Assembly (NCBI RefSeq): GCF_001194135.2
Contig: NC_068981.1
Location: forward strand, 195,196,972 to 195,234,260
Direction of reading: 5' to 3'
DNA length: 37,289 bases
From: Octopus bimaculoides
Taxonomy: Eukaryota
The notes under the pieces are model-generated. The model was given only the letters and a program-made list of their open reading frames with translations, searched no databases and was not told the DNA's origin. Shown here piece after piece: positions 11,144 through 22,468 of this stretch (its first letter is position 1; every line of letters begins with the position of its first letter). Position numbers and translations under genes: made by a program.

Positions 11144-11750
11144 NNNNNNNNNNATATATATATATACATATATATATATATATGTATGTATGTGTGTGTG
11201 TGTGTGTGTGTGTATACACACGCATATGTATTGACCGAACAATCATTTCTGTATGTACACAAGCAGATATACACACACGCACAAACATACGTATCTACAC
11301 TCATACATGCATATATATATACATACATACATACATGCATACATACATACATATACATACATATACATACATATATATATACTTAGCGAGACACATGCAC
11401 AAATGCGCATACAAATACATGCATCCATATATGCATACATATATACGTACATAGACAAAAATATACATAAATATACATACATACATACATNNNNNNNNNN
11501 NNNNNNNNNNNNNNNNNNNNNNNNNNNNNNNNNNNNNNNNNNNNNNNNNNNNNNNNNNNNNNNNNNNNNNNNNNNNNNNNNNNNNNNNNNNNNNNNNNNN
11601 NNNNNNNNNNNNNNNNNNNNNNATATATATATATATATATATATATATACATGCACACCTATATATACATATTTATATATATTTACATGCACACATATAC
11701 ATACATATATATATATATACTTACGCAGACACATGCACAAATAGGCACCC
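9500..11750. repeat. Extended TA/CA/TACA low-complexity region with four gaps
   Basis: Directly visible; the ORFs here are repeat translations. Confidence 0.9.
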
Positions 11751-12089
11751 AAATATCTACATCCATACATAATCAACATTAAGATGATGTTGACAGCGAA
11801 ACAAAAAACAAAAAAATCTGTTGTGATTAGTTATTTTTTTCTAAAAATTTTTGCCGACATTTTGGAGACGAATTTGTGTGTCGTCCAAGAGGAATAACTT
11901 AACCATGGCACCATTCCACAGAGACCATTATCCTTTCTCTCATTTCCCCGTCTCTTCCCCCAATCCTACTCCGTCCCTTTATAATATCATCCTCTCCTCT
12001 CCGATCCCTACATTTCATCGGTTGTCCTTCCGACACAATTTTTTTTTTTATAATGCTCCTTTTTTTTTCAATTATTATTTTTTTTATTA

Positions 12090-12247
12090 TCGTCATCATC
12101 ATCATCGTCATCATCATCATCACCCCCACCACCACATATCATCATCATCCTCTTCAACACCATCGTCCTTTACTCATCGTTGTCCATCATCTTTAAAATC
12201 ATCATCATCATCATCATCATCATAATGATCATCATCATCATCATCAT

Positions 12248-12306
<59 letters not shown>

Positions 12307-12307
12307 A

Positions 12308-12339
<32 letters not shown>

Positions 12340-12340
12340 A

Positions 12341-12407
<67 letters not shown>

Positions 12408-12494
12408 GCCTTCATTATGGTCGTCGTGATCATCCTTACCAGAATTATTATTATTATTATTATTATTGGGTTCGAATCCCACTTCTGACAAGAA

Positions 12495-12525
<31 letters not shown>

Positions 12526-12560
12526 TATTATTACTATTATTCTTTCTTATTGCCATTATT
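12090..12560. repeat. (CAT)n and (TAT)n trinucleotide arrays
   Basis: Directly visible; source of the poly-I/D/M ORFs. Confidence 0.95.
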
Positions 12561-13085
12561 ATCAATATTGTTTGTATTATATTAACCCTTTTGCTGCTCT
12601 CCTCCATACTCTTTGCCCCGAACATTTCATCTGCATCGCCCCCCCCGTCCATCACCCCTCCAACACTTCCAGCCACTCCCCTCCTCCTCCCCACCGCCAC
12701 CAATCATCAACCTCTGATATTAAGCATTTTATTCCCCAGACCAGACCACTTCCGACTGAAGCAATACTTTCCAACGCTCCATCAAATTATAGCATTCGAA
12801 TGGAAATATAGAAGAAAGCATCTTCATCGCACCGCCACCACNNNNNNNNNNNNNNNNNNNNNNNNNNNNNNNNNNNNNNNNNNNNNNNNNNNNNNNNNNN
12901 NNNNNNNNNNNNNNNNNNNNNNNNNNNNNNNNNNNNNNNNNNNNNNNNNNNNNNNNNNNNNNNNNNNNNNNNNNNNNNNNNNNNNNNNNNNNNNNNNNNN
13001 NNNNNNNNNNNNNNNNNNNNNNNNNNNNNNNNNNNNNNNNNNNNNNNNNNNNNNNNNNNNNNNNNNNNNNNNNNNNNNNNNNNNN

Positions 13086-13135
<50 letters not shown>

Positions 13136-13137
<2 letters not shown>

Positions 13138-13445
13138 ATGTTGTGAGTAAAGAGGTTGAGAAACTTACTAAGTACTCCGAATTGAAAGGGTAATGCGAGA
13201 GGGTAATGTAAAAGTGATACCAGGGGTGATCGGAGCGCTGGGCTCAATGCCATTGAAACTTCGAAACTTCTTAAGGCAACTGGACATCCCATGCAAGACT
13301 GATGTCTTGCAAAAAGCAACCTTGTTGGACACAGCGCACATCTTAAGGAAAGTATTGTCTGTCTGAGGTCCTTGTTGTGACTTGACAGATGACTAAAGAC
13401 TCCGGTGCATTTTTACCTACACTGTGTTACGAAGGAATAATAATA
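13136..13445 (+). mobile_element. R4/Dong-like LINE 3' end (end of RLE domain plus 3' UTR)
   Basis: NVVSKEVEKLTKYSELK / VIGALGSMPLKLRNFLRQLDIPCKTDVLQKATLLDTAHILRKVLSV*, then a UTR and an AATAATAAT tail. Preceded by (ATA)n at 13086-13135. Confidence 0.85.
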
Positions 13446-13458
13446 GTAGAAAAAATAA

Positions 13459-14133
13459 GTGTCCCCGCTGTGCCGCAACTGTAATAGAGTGGATGAAACT
13501 ATTGTCCATATCACGAACGAATGCCCTAGACTTGCCCCAAGCCACTATAATTTGTTGCGACACGATCAGGTAGCGAAAGTGCTACATTGGAAACTCCGCG
13601 AAAAGTGGGGGCTAGAGAGAGGCAAGACGTGGTATGAGTGCAAACTACAGAGAGTGGCGGAGTCGGAGGCTAGTATAATCCTCTGGGATTCCCCAATCTA
13701 AACAGATCAGGTGCTAGAGCATAACAGACCGGGCGTAGTGGTGGTGGACAAGATGCATCACATATGCTATATAATTGATGTTGTATGCCCCTTTGACACA
13801 CGAATAGTCAAGAAGGAAGGCGAAAAGATAGATAGATACAACCCTCTTAAGTACAAAATAGCCCGGCTATGGGAAATGAAGAAGGTGTCAGTTATTATTG
13901 GGTCCTTGGAAACAGTATCAGAAGGCATCAAGAGGAATATAAAGGAAATTGGAATAGAGTGTCCAGTAGAACTGTTTCCTAGGTACGCCAGAATAATCAG
14001 GAAAGTATTAGATAGCTGGAAAAAACGGATAACATGGTACCGTATGCTGCAGGTAGCAAGCCCACTACGCATGTAAGACTCCAGGAGTTCCGACAAAACT
14101 TGTAATAAAGAGAAATAATAATAATGATAATAA
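13459..14133 (+). mobile_element. R4/Dong-like LINE 3' fragment: CCHC zinc knuckle plus restriction-like endonuclease
   Basis: PLCRNCNRVDETIVHITNEC (CCHC), RHDQVAKVLHWKL, WDSPI*TDQVLEHNRPGVVVVDK..IIDVVCPFDTRIVKKEGEKIDRY (PD..D/E-K type RLE), ARIIRKVLDS. Ends in an (ATA)n-like tail. Confidence 0.9.
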
Positions 14134-14140
14134 GAAGAGA

Positions 14141-14463
14141 GGAACATTCCGTCGGTTACGACGACGAAGATCCCAGCTTATACGATCAACGGAACAGCTT
14201 GCTCATGGATTAACGTGCAAGTGACTGAGCAATCCACAGACACGTGTACTCCTAACATAGTTCTCAGGAGGCTCAGCGTGGCACATAGCGGGACAAGGCC
14301 GGCCCTTTGAAATACAGATACTACTCATTTTTGTCAGCTGAGTGAACTGGAGCAACGTGAAATAAAGTGTCTTGCTCAAGGACACAACACGTCGCCGGGA
14401 ATTGAACTCACGACCTTACGATCGTGAACCGAATGACCTAACCCCTAAGCCACGCGCCTTCAC
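14141..14463 (-). mobile_element. Full-length CORE-type tRNA SINE (type C)
   Basis: Reverse complement: GTGAAGGCGCGTGGCTTAGGGGTTAGG..GAGTTCAATTCCC (tRNA head), GTGTCCTTGAGCAAGACACTTTATTTCACGTTGCTCCAGTTCACTCAGCTG..AAAATGAGTAG (CORE-like) and a tail ending GTCGTAACCGACGGAATGTTCC. Confidence 0.85.
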
Positions 14464-14551
14464 ACTGATAATAATAATATTATTCACACTGATAATAATA
14501 ATAACAACAGTAACAACAACAATAACCTGACAATATTAAAGACAAAATTAA

Positions 14552-14783
14552 GGCGGCGAGCTGGCAGAAGGGTTAGCACATCGGGCGAAATGCTTAGCAG
14601 TATTTCGCCTGCTACTATGTTCTGAGTTCAAATTCCGCCGAGGTCGACTTAGCCTTTCATCCTTTCGGAGTTGATTAAATATGTACCAGTTACGCACTGG
14701 AGTCGATGTATTCGACTTAATCCCTTTGTCTGTCCTTGTTTGTCCCCTCTATGTTTAACCCTCTGTGGGCAATAAAGAAATAT
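14552..14783 (+). mobile_element. tRNA-derived SINE (type A, tail variant 2) with a 13-bp TSD
   Basis: Head and centre as at 3583; tail CCCTTTGTCTGTCCTTGTTTGTCCCCTCTATGTTTAACCC..GGCAATAAAGAAAT. Direct repeat ATATTAAAGACAA at 14533-14545 and 14784-14796. Confidence 0.9.
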
Positions 14784-15779
14784 ATATTAAAGACAAGAAC
14801 CACAGCAATCTCAAAACCGCACAACCATTCTGAACATCTTTAAAAAAATTGCTAAAATTATGTCTCAACGAAGCCAAGATAATTACTGTATCTGTAGTAA
14901 ATATAAACATAAAGATACATATTTCTGATGTATTGGTGAAGTGGTGGAGGGTGTGCATGGTGGAGGGTGTGTATGTGTGAGGACGGGGTTTGATAGGTAT
15001 ATCCTCTCAGCTTGCCACCAATCCATCATAATGATAGAATCAATTACCTACACATCGTTATCTTCTCTTTCTTGCCTTCTTTATCGCTGTTTCGTCTTTG
15101 AAACCCACCCCACCTCTTCTACTGACAAGAATAAGAGAATCAAGAAAAAGAACAACTTTAATAATTCCAGGAAACAGAAATAAGACACATTGACAGGTGA
15201 TGAAAGAACGCTTCAGTAACACACGCCACCCGGCTCAACACTACCACCTGCTCCTAGGATACCTCTATCAGAGGTCTCACAATAGGAAGCATCCAGACTC
15301 TCTCCTTCCATATTGTTCACACAGACTAGACATAAACCGCATCATTAATCACCACTCTGTGAGAAATGATAAGCTATAAGCGCTGTCCTTCTATCTCTAA
15401 ATAATGAATTAAAAAAAACCCAGATGCATAGCATGTCTGGCTTTGTATGTTACCGATGTCTGTTAAACAGTCGATCATTGTACAATCGGAGTTTCAATTC
15501 AACCTTGATCAGTTATTTCTTTTATCTGGTTACGACGGGTCAAGTATAAGAATCGGTGGAGTCGATCTTAACTCGTGGCCCCATAAATTGATCCCCTTGA
15601 ACCTAAAATAGAAACCAACGAAATAAATAATCGGTGGAGGGATGTGTTACACATGGTGTGTTACCAGTTAAAGATGCCGGTCAATGTTGTCCCTGCCAGT
15701 GTAGGATTACAGAACAAGTAACTCTTTCCGTTCTATTAAGAGCTCTTCATGTTATTGCTGCTGCTGTTTTGGTTGATCA

Positions 15780-16040
15780 CGATGATAACGACAATGAGGA
15801 TGATGATAATGATGATGATAATGATGATGATAATGATATCAATGATTTTGCTGATGACGTCGATGGTGGTGGAGGTGGTAGTAGTGGTGGTAGTGGTGGT
15901 TGTAGTGGTAAGAGTAGTGTTCGCATTGGGGATGATGATGAAAATGATGATGATGATGGTGATGGCGGTGGTGGTAGTGAAAATAATAATACAGATGAAA
16001 CGAGTGAAGCAAATTCCGAAAATAAATGGAGGCAGTAATG

Positions 16041-16098
<58 letters not shown>

Positions 16099-16260
16099 AA
16101 GAAGAACAACAACAACAACAAAGAGAAAAAGGAGGAAGGGCAGATCGAGAGGCAGAGGAGAGGAGCAGAAGGAGGAGGAAGAAGAAAAAGTGGAGGAGGG
16201 GAGGAGGAGAAGAAGAAAGCGAACGAGAAGAAGTAGAAGAAGAAGAGGCATTAATGGAAG
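15780..16260. repeat. Compound trinucleotide array (GAT/GGT/AGT/ACA/GAG/AAG)
   Basis: Directly visible. Confidence 0.9.
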
Positions 16261-16914
16261 AAAATGGATGTGGATAGAATTTCTGTGGTAGCAAACGCTG
16301 TGGCGAGTAGTATTGGTAGCAGCAACAGCTAGAATACCAATATTGATAACTTGGCCAAACTATCGTTTCTTATCGATAGAAACCCCGACCGCCCTGCTTT
16401 CCAAAGAACTCATACCAATAAATACCACGCCCCAAAGTCTCACCGTTTGAAAGATGTGTAAACATATATCTGAGTGGGCGACGTGTGGAGGTAAGCTTCA
16501 TTTTCAAAATGGACGACATAATGATGTTTTAAACGTTAACACATGGCGCCAAGCGTCAGCATATGTAAATTTGTAGCATGATGAACATGTGTGTATGCAT
16601 GTATATATGTATATATAACACAATCTGTATCACGTCCTCACGTTGTTTTTTGTTATTGTTTTTTGTTATTGTTTTTTGTCTTTTTACTTTTTTTGAACCT
16701 ATACATATATATATATATATATANNNNNNNNNNNNNNNNNNNNNNNNNNNNNNNNNNNNNNNNNNNNNNNNNNNNNNNNNNNNNNNNNNNNNNNNNNNNN
16801 NNNNNNNNNNNNNNNNNNNNNNNNNNNNNNNNNNNNNNNNNNNNNNNNNNNNNNNNNNNNNNNNNNNNNNNNNNNNNNNNNNNNNNNNNNNNNNNNNNNN
16901 NNNNNNNNNNNNTT

Positions 16915-17030
16915 GTGATACTCATAGCGTGGGTTCAATTCATGGACGAGGCGATGCGTTTTGTTCTTGAAGAAAGCAATATATTTCACGTTGTTTCACA
17001 CCACTCAGCTGCCAAAAATGACCACCCCTG
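16915..17030 (+). mobile_element. Degenerate SINE type C fragment
   Basis: GGGTTCAATTC..TTGTTCTTGAAGAAAGCAATATATTTCACGTTGTTTCACACCACTCAGCTGCCAAAAATGA aligns to the centre of 14141-14463. Confidence 0.65.
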
Positions 17031-17329
17031 CGACAGGCCGGCGCCTCATTCCGTGAGAGTGGAATATATATATACATCACAGAACACAGGAAACCGGTCT
17101 AATGAACCTAGGGCTCAGGGAGGACCTTTCATCCTTTAGATATCGAAATTCCGACTATGAGTGCTCAGTTGTTTCCTCAACTGAACTGTCTGGATTATTA
17201 TGTTATGGGTGTGTAAATAGCTGAGTATTCCACAGACACGCGCACCTTTAATGTGATTTTTTAGTGGAACCCATCCAACTGGCTTCCAGTCAAATTCCAT
17301 TGACACAGTTTCCTTCGCAAGATAGGAGG

Positions 17330-17455
17330 CGAACCGAAGCTATAGAAAAATGAAACTTGTCTAAGAGACTTGCGTAAGACGCGGTGGAATCGAATCAGGG
17401 GCCTTGTGATTGGGAAGGGAATTTCTTAACCATTTAGTGATTAATTTCTTAACCG
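17330..17455 (-). mobile_element. Degenerate SINE type B head
   Basis: Reverse complement TGGTTAAGAAATTCCCTTCCCAATCACAAGG..GATTCGATTCCAC..TTCTATAGCTTCGG. Confidence 0.55.
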
Positions 17456-17519
17456 CTTAGTCGAAATCAGCAAGCATTGAAATCTGCCGGAAAGTATTAA
17501 GAATGAATTTTTAAATTTA

Positions 17520-17950
17520 CCTCTACAGATTTTCTATAGAATTTCGCGCCAGCACTGGAAGTTATGACGATCGGAGATAAATAAAAGCTAATGGGTGTAT
17601 ATGCATATTTCAAGAATCATTGCATTTTCATCAGCACCACATCAGTCCTATCAACTATCCACAAACGCATCGATTCAATATAAATTATGTTTAGCGATAT
17701 AAGTCTATTGGATAGATCAATTTATACATTAAACACATTCCTGGCAACAGGTATGTCAATAGCAATTATAAGCAAATATATTAAAAGTTTACAAGTCAAC
17801 ATTGTGCCTTACATTTGTGTTAGCATTGGGATATTATAATTTTTGAATGAATTTGAATGGATTTAAGAATGAGTTTGGATTCTTGCTGTTCTCCGTGCAC
17901 ACATTAGCAGATGATTTGTTTGCTTATTTTTGTAAAGGAGGCATACTACA
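17520..17950 (-). mobile_element. Highly decayed R4/Dong-like RT fragment
   Basis: Minus-strand pieces KQTNHLL and EQQESKLILKSIQIHSK..HKCK resemble the recalled INHLLYMDD..ELDSLIQTVRIFSKD..DKC. Many frameshifts. Confidence 0.35.
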
Positions 17951-18262
17951 CTCTGTTTAGTTTTTATTGAACCGTGGGTAGCTTTCACTGAAGAGGTAGA
18001 AACATCGCAGTGTCTCAAAGTCATCTTACTTCAATGAACCGAGCGTGATGTGAACATATTTTGTCTAAAAGATTTTCTCTGAAGGCAAAAATACAGGACC
18101 GAATCTGCCGGAAAGTATCAAGAGCTGCTACTTCATTGTTCTAATTCTCAATGTTCTGCGTGAAATACTGAAATGTTAAATAAACAGATTTAGTATTACG
18201 CTGGAACATATATGTAAAATCTCTGAGCGAGAGATAAACAGTAAAAGTACGGAATCGTAAAA

Positions 18263-18436
18263 TATATTTGCCAACTAAATGTGACGATCCTATAGAGGAC
18301 GATGTTATTGTTATTTTCAGCACCAGGAAAACATCTCCTATGTGTCATTGGTCAGTTGGAAGAAATGCCTTCCTCGGGCTAAAAACAACAGTAACATCGT
18401 CCTCTATATGACCGTCACATTTAGTTGGCAAATATA
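18263..18436. mobile_element. Fold-back MITE-like element, about 65-bp inverted arms
   Basis: Left TATATTTGCCAACTAAATGTGACGATCCTATAGAGGACGATGTTATTGTTATTTTCAGCACCAGG versus right (rc) TATATTTGCCAACTAAATGTGACGGTCATATAGAGGACGATGTTACTGTTGTTTTTAGCCCGAGG. Confidence 0.8.
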
Positions 18437-18606
18437 AAATCCTTAGGTCAGAGATCCTGTCTATCTGCAGGCAGAGAAGTATTTTCAATCTAACAAGTTT
18501 CTATTCATCGAACAGCTTCATCTATTTTGGAGCATTTGTTCCTCCGCTCGTTGTGGAACTGTCTGCCTGCAGTGGTCACAAGATTCATTTGAAGGTAACA
18601 TTCCTG

Positions 18607-18782
18607 GCAGGCATGGCTGAGCTGTTAAAGAGCTCACTTTGCAATCATATGGTTTTGGGTTCAGTCCCATTGCGATGCAAGTAAGCTCTGCTATAGCCCA
18701 GAGCTGACTAATGCCTGGTGCGTGAATTTGATAGATGGAAACTGCACGGAAACCCGTCGTCTATCTATCTATCTATCTATCC

Positions 18783-18864
<82 letters not shown>

Positions 18865-19317
18865 ATGTATGTATGTATGTATGTATGTATGTGTGTATAN
18901 NNNNNNNNNNNNNNNNNNNNNNNNNNNNNNNNNNNNNNNNNNNNNNNNNNNNNNNNNNNNNNNNNNNNNNNNNNNNNNNNNNNNNNNNNNNNNNNNNNNN
19001 NNNNNNNNNNNNNNNNNNNNNNNNNNNNNNNNNNNNNNNNNNNNNNNNNNNNNNNNATATATATATATATGCGTGTGTCTGTGTGCAGTGTGTGTGTGTG
19101 TGTGTGTTTCTGTGTCTTTATTTGTCCCTCCACAATCGGTTGACATCCGATGCTGGTGTGTTTACGTCCCTGTAAGATATCGGTTCGGTCCAAGAGACCG
19201 AAGGAATAAGTACTAAGCTTACAAAGAATGAGTCCTGGGGTCGATTTGTTCGACTAAAGGCGGTGCTCCAGCATGGCCGCAGTCACAATGACTGAAACAA
19301 ATAAAAGAATAAAAGAA
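18607..19317 (+). mobile_element. Full-length bipartite SINE type B with an expanded internal microsatellite
   Basis: Head at 18607-18760, internal (TCTA)(TCTG)(TATG)-gap-(TA)(GT) at 18761-19107, and tail at 19108-19317 (GATGCTGGTGTGTTTACGTCCC..GGGGTCGATTTGTTCGACTAAAGGCGGTGCTCCAGCATGGCCGCAGTC..GACTGAAACAAATAAAAGA) matching 30825-31032. Confidence 0.85.
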
Positions 19318-19893
19318 TATATATACATACATATATACATATATATATCTATATATATATATATAAACACATCTATATATAAACATATACATATATATAT
19401 ATATAGAGAGAGTGATTGATGTATATATATAAACATGTATATATGTATATTTGTATATATATATATGTATATATCTATGTATATATACATACATAGCTAT
19501 ATCTGTGGGTGTGTCGGTGTGAAAATAAACAGGCTTAAACTGATTTATGACCTAACCTATTAGGATATCATTAAATGTATGTGATGTGTCGTAATGACGG
19601 GGCACATTGGTCGTAAATATCTGACAACTTACTCGAATCTCATATAAAACTATGATAACATTCAACTATTATATACTAAATTATGTTCTTCCACAGATTT
19701 TTTCGTCTTTTTTCTCTCCAGTTTTCTTATCGCTTTTTTCTAGATGTCTTTTTTTTAGTCTTTTGTTTTGGGTTTTTCCTTTACGTTTTCATCATCTCTC
19801 ATTATTTACACAAATTCTCACTGTCACTCCGACACGCTCTCATTCTCTCTCTCTTTCTCTCTCTCTCTCTCGCTCTCTCTCGCNNNNNNNNNN

Positions 19894-19952
<59 letters not shown>

Positions 19953-20078
19953 GCTTCTTTCTGTCTCTGTCTCTTTAGACACCAACACATGCGCACGCAC
20001 ACATATATAACTGTTCCGGAAGTATTGATTACTAAATTAGTATGAGAAAATCAATCTTGCTGATACGAGAAATCATTG

Positions 20079-20115
<37 letters not shown>

Positions 20116-20541
20116 CGTATGTGTGTGTATGTGTATGTGTGTATGTATGTATATGTTCATCCATACATTTATGTATGTATCTTTTTGTAAGTCACATACA
20201 TAAACTACATACCTACATCTATGTATNNNNNNNNNNNNNNNNNNNNNNNNNNNNNNNNNNNNNNNNNNNNNNNNNNNNNNNNNNNNNNNNNNNNNNNNNN
20301 NNNNNNNNNNNNNNNNNNNNNNNNNNNNNNNNNNNNNNNNNNNNNNNNNNNNNNNNNNNNNNNNNNNNNNNNNNNNNNNNNNNNNNNNNNNNNNNNNNNN
20401 NNNNNNNNNNNNNNNNNNNNNNNNNNNNNNNNNNNNNNNNNNNNNNNNNNNNNNNNNNNNNNNNNNNNNNNNNNNNNNNNNNNNNNNNNNNNNNNNNNNN
20501 NNNNNNNNNNNNNNNNNNNNNNNNNNNNNNNNNNNNNNNNN

Positions 20542-20578
<37 letters not shown>

Positions 20579-20728
20579 TCTCTTTCTCTCGCTCTCTGTA
20601 TATATATATGCACATACGCACATAGATATATACACACACGCACACACACGAATTTAGCTTAATCCAGAATACTGTTTGTAATTTTTAATAGAACTACCAA
20701 TTTGTTTAGGTAAGTTGAGGGGTTAATA

Positions 20729-20773
<45 letters not shown>

Positions 20774-21214
20774 ATGTAAATATGAAAATATTTGTGCGTG
20801 CAGAACTGTGTGTTGTGTATATATGTTAACAGAGATAAAGTGAAGACGTGACACAACAGACAAGTTAAAAGATTGATAAATGAAACAAGAAAAAGATTAT
20901 ATGAAAGCATCACAATAACTAATGGATGATATTAAAAAGAGAATCTACCTCTATTGGCTCACAACACTTCATGTCTCTGCTCTAACTGTTGAAAATCTGT
21001 GGGTTCCACTCACCCGTGAGCTACTCGGGAGTCGGAGCGAGCAAGAATGAGAACGCTTGTTGGTTGCTATTTGAATACATCTTTACTATACGTGGAAAAT
21101 TACTCTGAGTAGCAACCTATCATATGCTACACTTAATACGACCATATTTCGTCACGGTTCTTCTTTATCATTTTCGAAGTTTCCTTTTCAGATCGTTTAT
21201 TCATTACACATTTT

Positions 21215-21460
21215 TTTAATATGAAGCAGAATAAAAACATTTTGAGTTTGACAAAACCGAAATTTGGATACTTCGTCGTTTGCCTCTTCGTGTGTTTATA
21301 CGTAAGTTGGTCATATTAATTAAGATAGCTTCTTCTATTCTCAGTTTCCCAATATTTCGTAACTTCAATAAAAAGAAGGCCGTTTTGGGCGTGGCGTTTC
21401 CAGAAGTGTTTTTTGACGGAGGAGCTATTAACACAGACGTCTTCCTTAACATGTGTGTAG
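21215..21460 (-). mobile_element. Possible Penelope-like GIY-YIG C-terminal fragment
   Basis: Minus strand SSSVKKHFWKRH and KLRIEEAILINMTNLRINTR resemble the R...EA..I....P.IN motif at the end of PLE endonucleases. Confidence 0.5.
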
Positions 21461-22029
21461 TTGTCTCGTGGTACTCCCGATGTAGAATTCATTTCATTTG
21501 CTACTCAATCTAATATCTTTTGGGTTTTTTATTCACTAATTATATACTCCTCATGTATACATTCAATGATTTAATTCACCGATTTTATTAACGTTATTTT
21601 CATATTTTCTTTGCTGTTTGTTTCCACTTTTACCCTCTTTACTCTAAGTGCATATTTCCATGTCTTTTAACGTTTTAGGCTTGAAGATGATGCTTCTTAA
21701 GTTAGTCTGTAAAAATTAGGATTAGTCTATTAAATTAAAATTACATTTTCTCCAGAAATTCTACATTTATACTTTCGTTGTCTTCTATTTTGTCTTGTGG
21801 TCATTTTGTAGCTTCTAAATGTATATGTCATAGGAAAACGTATCCTCTTTCACATCTATTTTCTGTCTATTCTCATTGGGTATCGAATCTATTATTTTCA
21901 TGTGAAGAAGACATTGCAGACTTCAAATTCCGGACCTTTACACAATCAACAAACATATTTCCTGTTAACTTTTTACCAAATGTTAGCCTCCTGGCTTTTT
22001 TCGAGTTGGGGGTTGCTTCGGGCTCCCAT

Positions 22030-22180
22030 ACTTGTGTTAATACCTAGTGGTCAGTTGTCAATTAGTGTAGGTCTTTTGAAGAAGGAGACTCCTTTTTACT
22101 GCGTTTATTGTATGGTCTGCGGCTACACTGGAGCAACGCGTGCAAGACTTTTAATCGATGATTATATTAATCATTGCTGA
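22030..22180 (+). mobile_element. Possible decayed GIY-YIG endonuclease fragment
   Basis: FYCVYCMVCGYTGATRARLL..H resembles VYC..C..C..YIGETGR.L..R..EH. Confidence 0.3.
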
Positions 22181-22203
22181 AGTCTTAAATGCAAATAAAG
22201 AGC

Positions 22204-22204
<1 letters not shown>

Positions 22205-22253
<49 letters not shown>

Positions 22254-22402
22254 CATGCAGGTATATATGTATGCATGTACGCTTGCACGTATACATGCAT
22301 GCATGTATGCATGTATGTATGTATGCACGCATACATGTATATAGTATTATGTATGTGTGTGTGTATATACATATATATATATTTATATATACACATGAGT
22401 GA

Positions 22403-22468
<66 letters not shown>

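Noticed and set aside
15250-15470. Possible RT remnant (LSEVSQ..SPSILFT..YVTDV)
   Set aside because: Needs several frameshifts and the motif match is too weak to assert.
17150-17215. PQLNCLDYYVMGV resembling the PDLNPLDY..WG transposase motif
   Set aside because: Too short, with no flanking motifs or TIR.
21120-21190. Degenerate hammerhead downstream of the GIY-YIG-like fragment (minus strand TGATAA..GACGAAATATGGTC)
   Set aside because: The core is not CUGANGA and there is no convincing stem II.
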